From positions 1-64,000 of the IMG/VR virus record IMGVR_UViG_3300020049_013434: a stretch of DNA of 64,000 nt, one strand, 5' to 3'. Numbering within the stretch: the first letter of the stretch is position 1; each line of letters begins with the position of its first letter. Shown here piece after piece: positions 29,401 through 37,433 of this stretch. A model generated the notes under the pieces. The model ran no database searches. It was given only the letters and a program-made list of their open reading frames with translations, and was not told the origin of the DNA. Position numbers and translations under genes: made by a program. The stretch comes from a virus (taxonomy: Duplodnaviria; Caudoviricetes).

Positions 29401-31136
29401 TCCTCCAGACTAAAGAAAGTCGAGGCGAGCTTCTTTAGCATTTCGTTGTCGCCCTCGACGCTGCGCTGTAGGACGCCGGTTGCAAAGTCCTCCGGCGAGA
29501 TATTCTCGGTCATGAGCTTTCTTCGTCTGACCGCACCCTCCAGGGACAAGCGTTCCATTGTCTCGTTGATAGCGACCGTTTCGCGCCGTGTGTCTTCGTG
29601 GAGTCTACGCAGGGCCTTAATGCTCTCGCCTGCGCCCATTTCAGCCGAGCGCGCCATGATGTCTTGGTAGCGTTGGCGCTCGCGCTGCGTGGAGGCGTTT
29701 ATTTGCTGCAGAACGGTCTCGTTGTCTCTGGCTAAGAACGAGACGCCGGCCATACTGCGCGTGCGCGCCAACTCCGTGGCTTCCATGAAGTCGTTCATGG
29801 AGCGCGCTTCCTTGGCGAAGCGATCGTCTAACCCGAAGCGATTCGCCTTCGAGCTTTCCGTCACCAAGGACGACAGTTGCGTATTGAGGCGCGTAATGGC
29901 GCGCGCCAGATTGTCAGCCTCCTGGGCATCCTTCGCCATCACGGGCATGCCCTTGCGCGATTCAAGGCTAGAGAGAACTGCACTGAGCTCGCGATAGCGT
30001 GCCTCAACGTTCTCGATCATGTTGATCTGCTGCTGGTTGTCGAGGTTTGCGCCTTTGACGGAAGCCGTCTGCGACGTGCGCAGATTCTCTAGGCGGTTGC
30101 GCAGATTGTCGATCTGGTTGGCGTATCCTTGCGTGCCAGCTTCGTTTCTGCTGCGAATAGTGAGCGAGTCGCCCATAGAACGATTGAGCTCGCCAACCGC
30201 CTTCGCCAACTGATTAGTTTGCGCTATGGACTCTGGCGTGACAACGCCCGTGTTGCGCACCTCGTCAAGCTTTTTCTTGTATTCGTCCAGGCGCATATTG
30301 GCGTCGCGGCTGAATTCCAGCTTGGCGGTTGGCTCCATGGTTGACGTTTTGACACGCGAAGATATGTTGCTCTGGGCACGTTCCAGCGCACGCTCTACGC
30401 GCTTAATCGCCATCTCCATATCGCGCTCGACATTCTGCGCCGCCTTGCCCGTGTTGCTGGTCTGCGCCTTGGCGATACGATCGAAGTCGCGCTGGTACTG
30501 ATCCGCCATCTTCGTGACGCGCTTGCCCATGTCCTCGGCTTGATCGATCATTGACGGGTCGATAATGGTTCGCTTGCGACCGAGCGATTGCAGAGATTCG
30601 TCGAGGACGCCCAGGCGCGCCCGCAAATTCTCGAAGGTCTGCGCAGCCTGTTGATTGCCGGACATAGTGGACAGACGGGCGTCTGCCTCCCTGAGCACAT
30701 CTTCGATCACGCGCCGAGAAGCGCCGACCTGTTCCTTTAGCTGACTCTTTAGGGCGCTTATATCAGGACCCGCGGGAACGATTGGCTTGGCAGCCAGTGC
30801 GGCATTTTGCGCCTGTAGATCCTTGAGCTCCTGGCGGAGCTCCTTGACTTCCTGCGTGGTCGTATTGAGCGCTTCAGCCGAAGAGACCGCCATCTTGTTA
30901 ATGGCAGCCTGTGCGGTGTTGCTCTCCTTCTGAATGCCGTCAGCCAAGCCGGCGCCACCCAGTGACTTTTTGATTCGCTCAAGTGTAGCGCCAACGTCAG
31001 AGCCCGCCTTCTTGAGCGTAGGCGCCATCTCGGCAAACTCGCGCAGAATCTCATTGACGCGCTTCATGTGGTCCTCGAAGGACGAGAACCCAAGAACTTC
31101 TACATCTACGCCTAAGCGATCAACTGATTCTGTCAT
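23430..31136 (-). CDS. tape measure protein (2568 aa)
   Basis: long helical Ala-rich protein; tape-measure domain (EKLAILSPF..KGKLSGQEVLQF); hydrophobic segments. Confidence 0.9.
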   Translation of the reverse strand: MTESVDRLGVDVEVLGFSSFEDHMKRVNEILREFAEMAPTLKKAGSDVGATLERIKKSLGGAGLADGIQKESNTAQAAINKMAVSSAEALNTTTQEVKELRQELKDLQAQNAALAAKPIVPAGPDISALKSQLKEQVGASRRVIEDVLREADARLSTMSGNQQAAQTFENLRARLGVLDESLQSLGRKRTIIDPSMIDQAEDMGKRVTKMADQYQRDFDRIAKAQTSNTGKAAQNVERDMEMAIKRVERALERAQSNISSRVKTSTMEPTAKLEFSRDANMRLDEYKKKLDEVRNTGVVTPESIAQTNQLAKAVGELNRSMGDSLTIRSRNEAGTQGYANQIDNLRNRLENLRTSQTASVKGANLDNQQQINMIENVEARYRELSAVLSSLESRKGMPVMAKDAQEADNLARAITRLNTQLSSLVTESSKANRFGLDDRFAKEARSMNDFMEATELARTRSMAGVSFLARDNETVLQQINASTQRERQRYQDIMARSAEMGAGESIKALRRLHEDTRRETVAINETMERLSLEGAVRRRKLMTENISPEDFATGVLQRSVEGDNEMLKKLASTFFSLEEAVNRGTTRWNAFLNVLSRGKTIIDYYLAPLYTLQRIFGGMKSDGAQRAVRSVGIEAEKSTGIIRRMIDAIGAVTSGAGRAIAGGVSAAASGAMSLFRKKPQEDTGTAAGINAATGAADKLASSIDKANVPARGLLGTFKNIANQIWGADSMTARLGENIAQSLTNAFKVSFGFNFINIVSSAMNTVRGMIGEAFTIIGDQQATVTQFTSSISDELFRTGQAESLAAAEKEAAKQAEELFTWTEKLAILSPFGQDDISKIVRFLQVGGMLTDEMKEMTQVIIDAGTGLGLTNESTVLLSKAFSDVMVKGKLSGQEVLQFAAAGVPVMRQLSQLTGKSLTELNDFFSQGGILEAPEAIAAIADYLVKRTEGAAERASQTARGLANTLSDLKARVIREFSTPIFEQVFGPMMSGLAESLQSEELMANIRQMGETVADVMETIIYWIGFAFGLVQSAIEAVNPVILDFIKHTALFLATDTVWAILWSLAVPAVMALGAALSGLISWYGLYTVASAGLAIAWQRDWMGFRTIVTEVVSIALDFLGLLMGETKRAEGELSGSTNRWRSSFFSILDAIGQVSIGVMKVLPQLASDMISWGANLATSLADGFMSAMNSILDALFYLGDVMATWLMPGSPPKLLPDLTVWGKGAADAWLEGWTQADFTTLNSISDSVTTAFESIGENIDTTELGKINSAIAVAISSMGQTGTFDMGSVMVGLDDAVDRFDEVAEEIGRMVEAQLNAAAAESKLAKAQNELTAATEGYDAQLKSVNDEIATLDAQLNAMDVSSQQEELMAVTRNRFATEKQQTTAGLKVQKLAAEQRKSALDSEKERTTGIMQVKINALQKEVDKTQEVLGVTEARYKIEFDALKTLTEARTSSMNASASATDAAKKSQDRLNDAILAYKMQIADTPGKIALMREELKKYDEGSVEYYETLTKIVQLEDQWKREQEQAAKKKDNGPLNIGLQAQEAGQKIEEAKGKIGGALDEIKNKVNTAMTDAKTAFDNAENAWGDFTGAIESGINGEPIQSGATKVNTAVYGIGLSIGIVGVVWQGFKDGFSGTMPAPDASPVETWANTVGGYIGGIWEKAKEVLDNLANFGQKIKDLFDPKSETGAGLQTAVTTELDLLFGGVTFGDMAESMTNFVTAVKDGFMGIVWPSLSDSFTGFKDAVVAGFTEFMAGIGDTIAAGMQLFSKVSSGEAGLGDAAEGVGGMLGGITSAVTGLINSLVGFLAAEFAKIDWMTAGGGIGFLTVNFIAAILDLFGKIKWNIVFSIVFGAASSFLTGLIGGIVAGIATIAWEEKFANVFGGLADAVTGAITGMATTVVNTLAFALNVPTVLLGLKMWELFAGMINSLAGKVNVAIGAINEWLPESLQLGVLPTLTIGLTSDNFTIVNPTSIDVSSAVKFSTEEAAKVLLDPKNAVTIGGEQKILVPAEILSLATDDISKLNLGPTDIIKINGEDGAKLVLDPSQVVKTKEGVFLQVDPSTIIKINTEAPIELSVPVQLTAELQSTVDEIASSVKAEVLPEVNESDKIQASDVVGETTVTFQPEMDWTLIDLALPADKTETVKTSGQNNIGVPLAQGVNAGYQTAIDGVQLSADTQTALDQITTDYSIKSPSQWTNDNIGVPLGEGVMYGFAAALLATDISDSIGQVMEKIKGMFSGATEGGDQSQDQAQGQASGIAQAVTGSLDGLDETVAEIFRNMNVAVNAVMATMTDDLITETEDYVEEGTDIIQDYYDWMIDETTDTKKDVTDLFSQMQTSVVTIVKDTVSKSTTEFGKIKDAFKASAKAAIDAAVQEFKDGAERMEAAIEGVIGEVSQNLLTKFEEQGKKLGKKIADGIVSAFKGSDGNNFITALASAIETAVNKAIENATRNVGAVAPPASGGGSTPTPTPTPTPPGGGLTPRSALQAVTAGTRGTVDNMLDIAKYLAPLQEAGLFGMNTSTSLAATTSPLTGGSTVIVTNNYNIYQTVTPEQAVRVDRNFKIFEAQNRR

Positions 31137-31591
31137 GCTTTCATGGCCGCTTTCACGTTTTCCAAGAACGTATCCAGGCGATTCTGGACGATTGATTTAC
31201 CAAACTCACGCGCCACAATGCCTCTAGCGGCGGCTCTTGCCGGTTCGTAGTCGAAGTAGGCAACTGCCCGATTGCCGCCAGAGGCATTAGAATACAGCGA
31301 TCCTGGACGCGTTCTTGAAACAAAGGAGCGATGCATTACCGCATAGCGTCGATCGGTGCCACGGTCGACGTACATAAAAATATCGGCATTCACACCGCGT
31401 GCATATATGTTAAAGCGGAGATCTTGATCAGAGTTATTCTCGACCGAGAAGTCCACCTTTGTATTCCAGTTGTCGACAACCTTCTCGTAATCTTCGCACA
31501 CAAGGTCGGCTGTCTGTTGGGCGACACGACGCAGACTGGTGACAATCTCGTCTGGATTACGCCGCTTTCCCTGTTTGTACGTTACCTTCAT
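31133..31591 (-). CDS. putative tail completion protein (HK97 gp10-like)
   Basis: YVDRGT..Y, RGIVAREF; tail operon position. Confidence 0.45.
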   Translation of the reverse strand: MKVTYKQGKRRNPDEIVTSLRRVAQQTADLVCEDYEKVVDNWNTKVDFSVENNSDQDLRFNIYARGVNADIFMYVDRGTDRRYAVMHRSFVSRTRPGSLYSNASGGNRAVAYFDYEPARAAARGIVAREFGKSIVQNRLDTFLENVKAAMKA

Positions 31592-32045
31592 TGGCTAGCT
31601 CGACCAATCTGCCACGACGACCGCGTGGCGCCGGCTTGTCCTCAGCCTTGCTCTCAACGCCCATGGCGACGGTGCTTACCGCGGCAATAAATTCCTCATT
31701 GGTCATGCCGACATAGCGAATATAGACCGCTTCCAGATACTCCTGGAAGATCAGGTCGTCAGCAACGACGCCGTACAAATCGGAATGGCGTCGAATCCGT
31801 CCAGGAATTGGATCAGGCGGCAGGGGGCTCATGAGCCGGCAAGAGCACTCGACAATATACATAAGATAGCGCTCGTTGCCACGCCAGACTTCCATGAGGT
31901 CGCGCGGGTTCACGTCCTTGCCCGTCGACAAGCGTTCTGCCTTCTCAGGGTCAAAGATACTGGCCGCACGTAGCATATCCGACTCCGCCATGCGGGTTAC
32001 TTCAACAACAACACCATTGTCTAGTTCAATCGTGGATGGGTTCAT
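31557..32045 (-). CDS. tail assembly chaperone-like protein 2
   Basis: upstream of the TMP; resembles 32042..32794; reachable by a -1 frameshift. Confidence 0.55.
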   Translation of the reverse strand: MNPSTIELDNGVVVEVTRMAESDMLRAASIFDPEKAERLSTGKDVNPRDLMEVWRGNERYLMYIVECSCRLMSPLPPDPIPGRIRRHSDLYGVVADDLIFQEYLEAVYIRYVGMTNEEFIAAVSTVAMGVESKAEDKPAPRGRRGRLVELANEGNVQTGKAA

Positions 32046-32794
32046 TTTGGGCTCTTCCTATTACTATTCTTCTCGGCCTCAGCCTGTTGGGCATCATTGC
32101 GGTGCATGTCAATCAACTTGCGCACCCGATTAATCCCAATGACCTCGACCATAAACCGTTTCTCGTACTTGCCCTGGCGCCAGTCAGCCCAGGACATGCC
32201 TGAATCGATACATGACTCGTACTCGTCTATCGGCGACACGATCTGATAGGTGCCAATTGTGATAGCCTGGCTACCAATGCCCGTGTCGATACTGTAGCGA
32301 GTATGGGCTTCGTCAATGTATTCGCCGTTGCGTAAGATACCGAGCAGCCTGACTGCCTCGCGAATCTCCGCCTCTGTAATTACCGTGGCTGCGATAATGC
32401 GTTCCATATCGACGGAGCCACGCATGCACTCGACCGCCAAGTAGAGCAGCGCCAAGTCGTCCGGGTCGTCGAGATTCAGGTTGTCGATCAGATCCTTAGC
32501 GATACCGTAACGCTTTACCCGCCGAAACCAGGAGTCGTCCTGCGGCAACGGCGTTAGTAACTTGCATCCTAACCGAACCAGCTCAACGCCGACCATCTCC
32601 GATCGTTGCATGGCGACGCGGCGTTGAGCTGCGATATAGTCCGGGTGCATGGGATTGTCCTCCCAGCGGTCCTGCGATTTGATGTACGACTTGGGCACTG
32701 GTGGGTCGGGTATGCGGGCTTGCGCACGGCGCAGCTCAAGTGCCGACACTGTGCGGGTTTCAACCTGCGCACCAGACCCAAGTTCGATAATCAT
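32042..32794 (-). CDS. tail assembly chaperone-like protein 1
   Basis: follows the tail tube genes; ends in C CCA AAA TGA. Confidence 0.6.
   Translation of the reverse strand: MIIELGSGAQVETRTVSALELRRAQARIPDPPVPKSYIKSQDRWEDNPMHPDYIAAQRRVAMQRSEMVGVELVRLGCKLLTPLPQDDSWFRRVKRYGIAKDLIDNLNLDDPDDLALLYLAVECMRGSVDMERIIAATVITEAEIREAVRLLGILRNGEYIDEAHTRYSIDTGIGSQAITIGTYQIVSPIDEYESCIDSGMSWADWRQGKYEKRFMVEVIGINRVRKLIDMHRNDAQQAEAEKNSNRKSPK
32045..32051 (-). other. candidate -1 ribosomal frameshift heptamer C CCA AAA
   Basis: X XXY YYZ in the correct phase just before the stop; the -1 frame enters the next ORF. Confidence 0.5.
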
Positions 32795-32796
32795 GC

Positions 32797-34314
32797 TTAG
32801 CCCGCTGTCCCCAAGACAACCAGAGGGGTATCAGGGTCCGGGTCAACGCCTTCGACGACGCCGTATGCCCACACGAGGTTCGGGTTCTCCTCACAGCAAG
32901 CAACCCCGTTGAATGTGCCCATGTTGCGCATGGCAAGCTGGGAAACGGCGTTGTCGGTATTGGGCTCGTAGACCCAGGTCACACCACCGTCAATGCTGCG
33001 GTACAGAATGCTGCCGGCAATCATCCACATGACATGTTGATTGCTCATGCACAGACCGGCGACAATCGGCGGCGTGCTGGCGTTGTAGCCAGGGAAGCAA
33101 ACGCGAGTCCAGGTCAATCCGGCATCCGCCGTCATCCACAGGTTGCCCGCAGCCCCACCAACGATCCAGTTGTTGGCAGACTTTACGATCACCGTGTTCA
33201 GGTTGGCGTTGACCGGCACCGAAGCCGACTGCGCCAGGCTGCTGCCGAGGCGGTAGACATAGACAGCGCCGGCATTGCCGACCGCCACTACCACACCGTC
33301 GTTGGCGTGCATGCCGTTGAAGGTCACGGTGCCAGCGTCGTCGAGCAGGGTGATACCGCAGCTCGGATCATTGCGATCTGCCGTGCGATACAGTGCGCCG
33401 TCGCTATTGAGAATCAGGGTGGCGCCAATGTTGGCTCCCACGCCGTCCGCAATCGCCTTGACGGTGAAGTTGTAATCGCTCGTGCGCCACAGCCAGGCCG
33501 TGCTAGCGGCAATCGCGCCAGAAGCAATCAGGTCGATATGCGCCCGGCTGATCGAGGTCACGACACCATCGGCGTAGACAACGGTAACACTATTACCAGA
33601 GCAGATAATGTCGAAGGCGCCGACGCCACGATTGGCGGCCGGAATCTGAATGTCGGTCCAGGTCGCGCCGTTGTCCGTGCTGTATTCGATATAGTGGTCG
33701 TCAGTAAAGACATACACTTTGTCGCAGCCACGGGAGGGCGGGCACATGTCGCTGGCGCAGGTCTTGCGTCCGCAAACGGCAATGCCGACAGGCGCACCCT
33801 CTGCGGTCAAGCCAGTCTGGCGCTGGGCATAGATCAGGCGGCTCTTAATCTGGAAGAACTCGCCAATCGACACGTCAATCGTTTCGTTGACGGTGCCGCG
33901 ATCAGCGCTCTGCATAGCCAACACTGGGTCAGTGCCCCAGTTGGTGACATACACATTACGCAAAACCCAGGCGATACTGTACTCGTTGAAGTTATCCAGG
34001 TTGGCGCAGGCGCCCCAGTGGATATGGGCGTCAACAGGACATTCGCCGTCGAACATGTCGCGGAAGAGACTGAGCTCAGTCAGACTCAGGCGACCCGTGA
34101 AGGTCGTAGTCATGCGGCCGATTTCACCGCGGAAGACCCCGATCTCCTTGTACCCTGCCCCATTGGGATTCGGGCACTCAATCTTGTTCACCTCGCCGCC
34201 ATCCTGTGTCAGCCCATCGATACCCACGCAGGCGACATAGACGGCTTCAGCCGTGCCGTCGCCGGGACCGCGGGTCATCAGGAAGAGGCGAGCTCGATCG
34301 TTAGTTGCGATCAT
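32797..34314 (-). CDS. tail tube-like protein with BNR/Asp-box beta-propeller, paralogue 4
   Basis: N-domain of about 165 aa shared with the paralogues; STDNGATW, TADAGLTW, SIDGGVTW. Confidence 0.65.
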   Translation of the reverse strand: MIATNDRARLFLMTRGPGDGTAEAVYVACVGIDGLTQDGGEVNKIECPNPNGAGYKEIGVFRGEIGRMTTTFTGRLSLTELSLFRDMFDGECPVDAHIHWGACANLDNFNEYSIAWVLRNVYVTNWGTDPVLAMQSADRGTVNETIDVSIGEFFQIKSRLIYAQRQTGLTAEGAPVGIAVCGRKTCASDMCPPSRGCDKVYVFTDDHYIEYSTDNGATWTDIQIPAANRGVGAFDIICSGNSVTVVYADGVVTSISRAHIDLIASGAIAASTAWLWRTSDYNFTVKAIADGVGANIGATLILNSDGALYRTADRNDPSCGITLLDDAGTVTFNGMHANDGVVVAVGNAGAVYVYRLGSSLAQSASVPVNANLNTVIVKSANNWIVGGAAGNLWMTADAGLTWTRVCFPGYNASTPPIVAGLCMSNQHVMWMIAGSILYRSIDGGVTWVYEPNTDNAVSQLAMRNMGTFNGVACCEENPNLVWAYGVVEGVDPDPDTPLVVLGTAG

Positions 34315-34326
34315 TGAAAATGCTCC

Positions 34327-35883
34327 TTAACAAATTTGGCTAGACACAAGAATTCCCTTGTCGGTATCGGCAACAAGCTCGCATGCGTGCTGGCAGCCAC
34401 CCTCCGCGCAGTCTTCCGGTGTCGTCAACGTAACTCGCCCAGTCGCTACGAAAACATTTGGATCGTGCGAACAAACCGTCAGGCCGTGCCAAAAGCCCAG
34501 GTCTGGATTCACACCCCAAATATAATCGTCAACCAGGTCCCAAGTCGCTCCGCCGTCAATGGTTCGATACACTCGACAAGGGCTGCGCGTCAAGTAGTAC
34601 CCAACATTTTTGGTCGAGAACTTTATGTCAACAATGGGAGACGCGCTATTGACCACGGTGCGCCAGGTTCGCCCGGCGTCCGTCGTGCAGTGCAGCCCGC
34701 CCCCACAGGTTGCAACAAACCATTCGTCGGAATTGCGCATAACCACAGCGCTGATCTGGCAGGTATCGTCAACACCAGCCAGCGTCAAGCAGTCAATGGT
34801 AGAGATAACGCCATTCCGGTAAGCGCTGATTGAGCCAAGCACGGAGCCGAGCAAGAAGTTGTTCTCGTCGACCATGCTCATGAACTCCCAGAAGCCGGAC
34901 ACGCCCAGCGGCTCCTGCGTAATCGACAGCGAGTCCGTATTGACTGCGGTCAGCGTGCCGCTATCGTCAAGCACCCACAGCTTGCCGCCAGCGATATGTA
35001 CGGCGTTAATCTGGGTGCTAATCTCAATGCGCCGATACTCGCTTAGCTCCCCGTCGTCAAAGTCGCTCAGGGGAATACGGTAGATCGCGCCGGCATGGTC
35101 GTCCGCCTCGTTGCCAATGACAAAGAGCGCCTTGCCACTACAGGCAATATGGAACGAGTGCAGCGGCGCGCTCAGCATGTTGAAGGTCGGTATAGTGAAG
35201 GCGTAGTCGCGCCACACAATGCCACCGTCTGTCGAGCGCATAATGGTAATGTTGTTTCCGTTGAAATCCGGATCGCCATTGAAGCGCCAGGCGTAGAATG
35301 TACTGCAAGGCACCAGGCAGTCCGTGGCGCAGCCTTCTGGGCATGTGGTGACCGCAGCCACCACGCCCTGCTGCGTCTGCCCTCTCGCCACTTCCAAGAG
35401 CTTCACGCAGAAGACTTCGTAGATATTAGCCGCCGCCAGATTCACCGTTTCCATGACCGGTGCGGTTTCTCCGCTATTGAGTGCGCCCAGGTTATCGACG
35501 TTGTAGCCGCTGAAGGTAGCGTCCTCGATAATGATTGCTGACTCGTAGCTGCCGAAGTCACTCAGATCAACACAGGTCCCGAAGTGGACCTGCACGTCGA
35601 TTGGCGTCTTGCGGCGTGAAAGCCGTTGTAGTACAGAGCGAGCGCCAAGGATCTTGTAGCCGGCCAGGCTCGTGTTCCAGGGTGACTCGTCGCCGCGGTA
35701 GGAATCCACTTGCTCAAACTCGCCGCCAATGTCGCCAGGGCAGTAGATTGGGGTGACTTCGCCGAAGCTCTTATCGACGCCACCCATTTTCATACAGTTG
35801 TAATACACATATTCCCGGCCGCAACCGGCGCCCTTCTCAGCGATAAAGACACGGGCGTTGCTATTGAGCAGAATGTTATCCAT
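34327..35883 (-). CDS. tail tube-like protein with BNR beta-propeller, paralogue 3
   Basis: LLNSNARVFIA..GAGCG; STDGGIVW, TTDAGRTW, TIDGGATW. Confidence 0.65.
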   Translation of the reverse strand: MDNILLNSNARVFIAEKGAGCGREYVYYNCMKMGGVDKSFGEVTPIYCPGDIGGEFEQVDSYRGDESPWNTSLAGYKILGARSVLQRLSRRKTPIDVQVHFGTCVDLSDFGSYESAIIIEDATFSGYNVDNLGALNSGETAPVMETVNLAAANIYEVFCVKLLEVARGQTQQGVVAAVTTCPEGCATDCLVPCSTFYAWRFNGDPDFNGNNITIMRSTDGGIVWRDYAFTIPTFNMLSAPLHSFHIACSGKALFVIGNEADDHAGAIYRIPLSDFDDGELSEYRRIEISTQINAVHIAGGKLWVLDDSGTLTAVNTDSLSITQEPLGVSGFWEFMSMVDENNFLLGSVLGSISAYRNGVISTIDCLTLAGVDDTCQISAVVMRNSDEWFVATCGGGLHCTTDAGRTWRTVVNSASPIVDIKFSTKNVGYYLTRSPCRVYRTIDGGATWDLVDDYIWGVNPDLGFWHGLTVCSHDPNVFVATGRVTLTTPEDCAEGGCQHACELVADTDKGILVSSQIC

Positions 35884-37433
35884 TAGATCCCCGTCAAAAT
35901 AAAGCCGTCGATACCGACCAGAGTCATTTCAAGCGCCAGTCCATGTAGGGTTGAGTTCGCTGCCGTGTAGCCAACCGCAACAAAGGTGGTCGGCTCCTCC
36001 GGGCAGACGGCTAAGTCATGCATGACTGAGTACTGGGTCAGGCTCGCTGCGTCATCGTTCATTTGCTCCCACTCGGCGCCACCGTCTGACGTGACCCAGA
36101 TCTCGCCAGGATTGCGCAGCGTGATATAGCCACGATTTTTGGCTGGGAAGCGAATGCTGCGCACCGATCCTTCGCCGCGGGAGAACGAGCGAGCCCAGGT
36201 CAACCCGGCGTTGCGCGTGCAGTAGACGTCGCCCTCGTCCGTGCCGACCATCCAGTCAGTCAACGTCTTCATGGCGACGGCAGTAATATCGATTGACAGC
36301 GTGCCGTCCGGCGTAACAACAGGCACCTGTCGCAGTCCCTCGCCAGCCTTGCGGTGAGCCAAGGTGCCCGTCGCACCACCGACAATCAGGTTGTCGCGGT
36401 CAACGCCGTCAATGTCGTTCCACTGATTCGAGAACAGCACGTCGTCTTCAACCAGATTAACCGCCAGGTTCTGCGGGTTGAACCAGAACACCTTGCCGTT
36501 CTCCGTCGCTGCATACACGCGTCCGCCAATCTCGTGCAGTCTGGTTATGGTCACGCCGGTCGACAATAGGTTAAAAGAGACGACCGGTTCGCTATTGAGC
36601 GCCGTCACAGGAATGGACATGACTGTGCCATTACCACTGGCGTTGTTGTTCATACAAAAGACCAGGTGGTCGCCCGCGGCCGCCATCCAGAACGAATTAA
36701 TCAGCTCGCCGGAGTTCGGAAAGCCGCCTGGCAGCTCATGGCGGGTCCAGGTTAATCCACCGTCTACGCTCGCCAATATATATAGGTGATCATAGGCGTC
36801 GTTGTTGGTGTAGCTATAGGGCAACTGCAGGGCGTAGAAGTTCTTACCAAACTCGCGCCCGGTTTCCCAGTTGTAGTAGCTGTGAGCAACGCCCACGATT
36901 TGCCCACCAGCCGGCGCCACATTGCTGCCGACGCGCGCCAGCTCAACGGCGAATAGCTCGTAGACCCGTGCGGCCGTGATATTAATGGTCTCCATAATGG
37001 GCGCTGTCTCACCGCTATTCAGGGCGCCCAGGCTATCGGCGGAGTAGTTGTTGACATCCACGTCCTCAAAGACCAGGGCTGTCTCGTACTGCCCAAAGTC
37101 GCTCAGATTGGCACAGCTCCCAAAGTGAAGCTGCAGATCAAAGATTTGGCGGTTGCTATACAGGCGGTGCAACAGTGACGGCGTGTTTGCCGGCTTGTAA
37201 CCCATGATTGAACTCGACCATGGCTCTTGCTGCTCGCGAATCACCGCTATCTGCCTGTTTCGTCCGGGTCGACTACGGTCGGGCAGGTAAATCGGCGACA
37301 GGTCAGCCCCGGCTTGCTCCAGGTTGCCCATCTTGCCGCAGGCATAATACGCATATTCATCGCCGCACCCGGCGCCTTCCTCGGCGACGAATATGCGGGA
37401 GTTGCTATTGAGCAGGAATGTGTTCTCAGCCAT
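35883..37433 (-). CDS. tail tube-like protein with BNR beta-propeller, paralogue 2
   Basis: LLNSNSRIFVA..GAGCG; SVDGGLTW, TRNAGLTW, TSDGGAEW. Confidence 0.65.
   Translation of the reverse strand: MAENTFLLNSNSRIFVAEEGAGCGDEYAYYACGKMGNLEQAGADLSPIYLPDRSRPGRNRQIAVIREQQEPWSSSIMGYKPANTPSLLHRLYSNRQIFDLQLHFGSCANLSDFGQYETALVFEDVDVNNYSADSLGALNSGETAPIMETINITAARVYELFAVELARVGSNVAPAGGQIVGVAHSYYNWETGREFGKNFYALQLPYSYTNNDAYDHLYILASVDGGLTWTRHELPGGFPNSGELINSFWMAAAGDHLVFCMNNNASGNGTVMSIPVTALNSEPVVSFNLLSTGVTITRLHEIGGRVYAATENGKVFWFNPQNLAVNLVEDDVLFSNQWNDIDGVDRDNLIVGGATGTLAHRKAGEGLRQVPVVTPDGTLSIDITAVAMKTLTDWMVGTDEGDVYCTRNAGLTWARSFSRGEGSVRSIRFPAKNRGYITLRNPGEIWVTSDGGAEWEQMNDDAASLTQYSVMHDLAVCPEEPTTFVAVGYTAANSTLHGLALEMTLVGIDGFILTGI

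Noticed and set aside
33034-34317. 427-aa + strand ORF (also 24922..26301 and similar)
   Set aside because: Antisense shadows of well-supported minus-strand genes in GC-rich DNA, with no recognisable motifs
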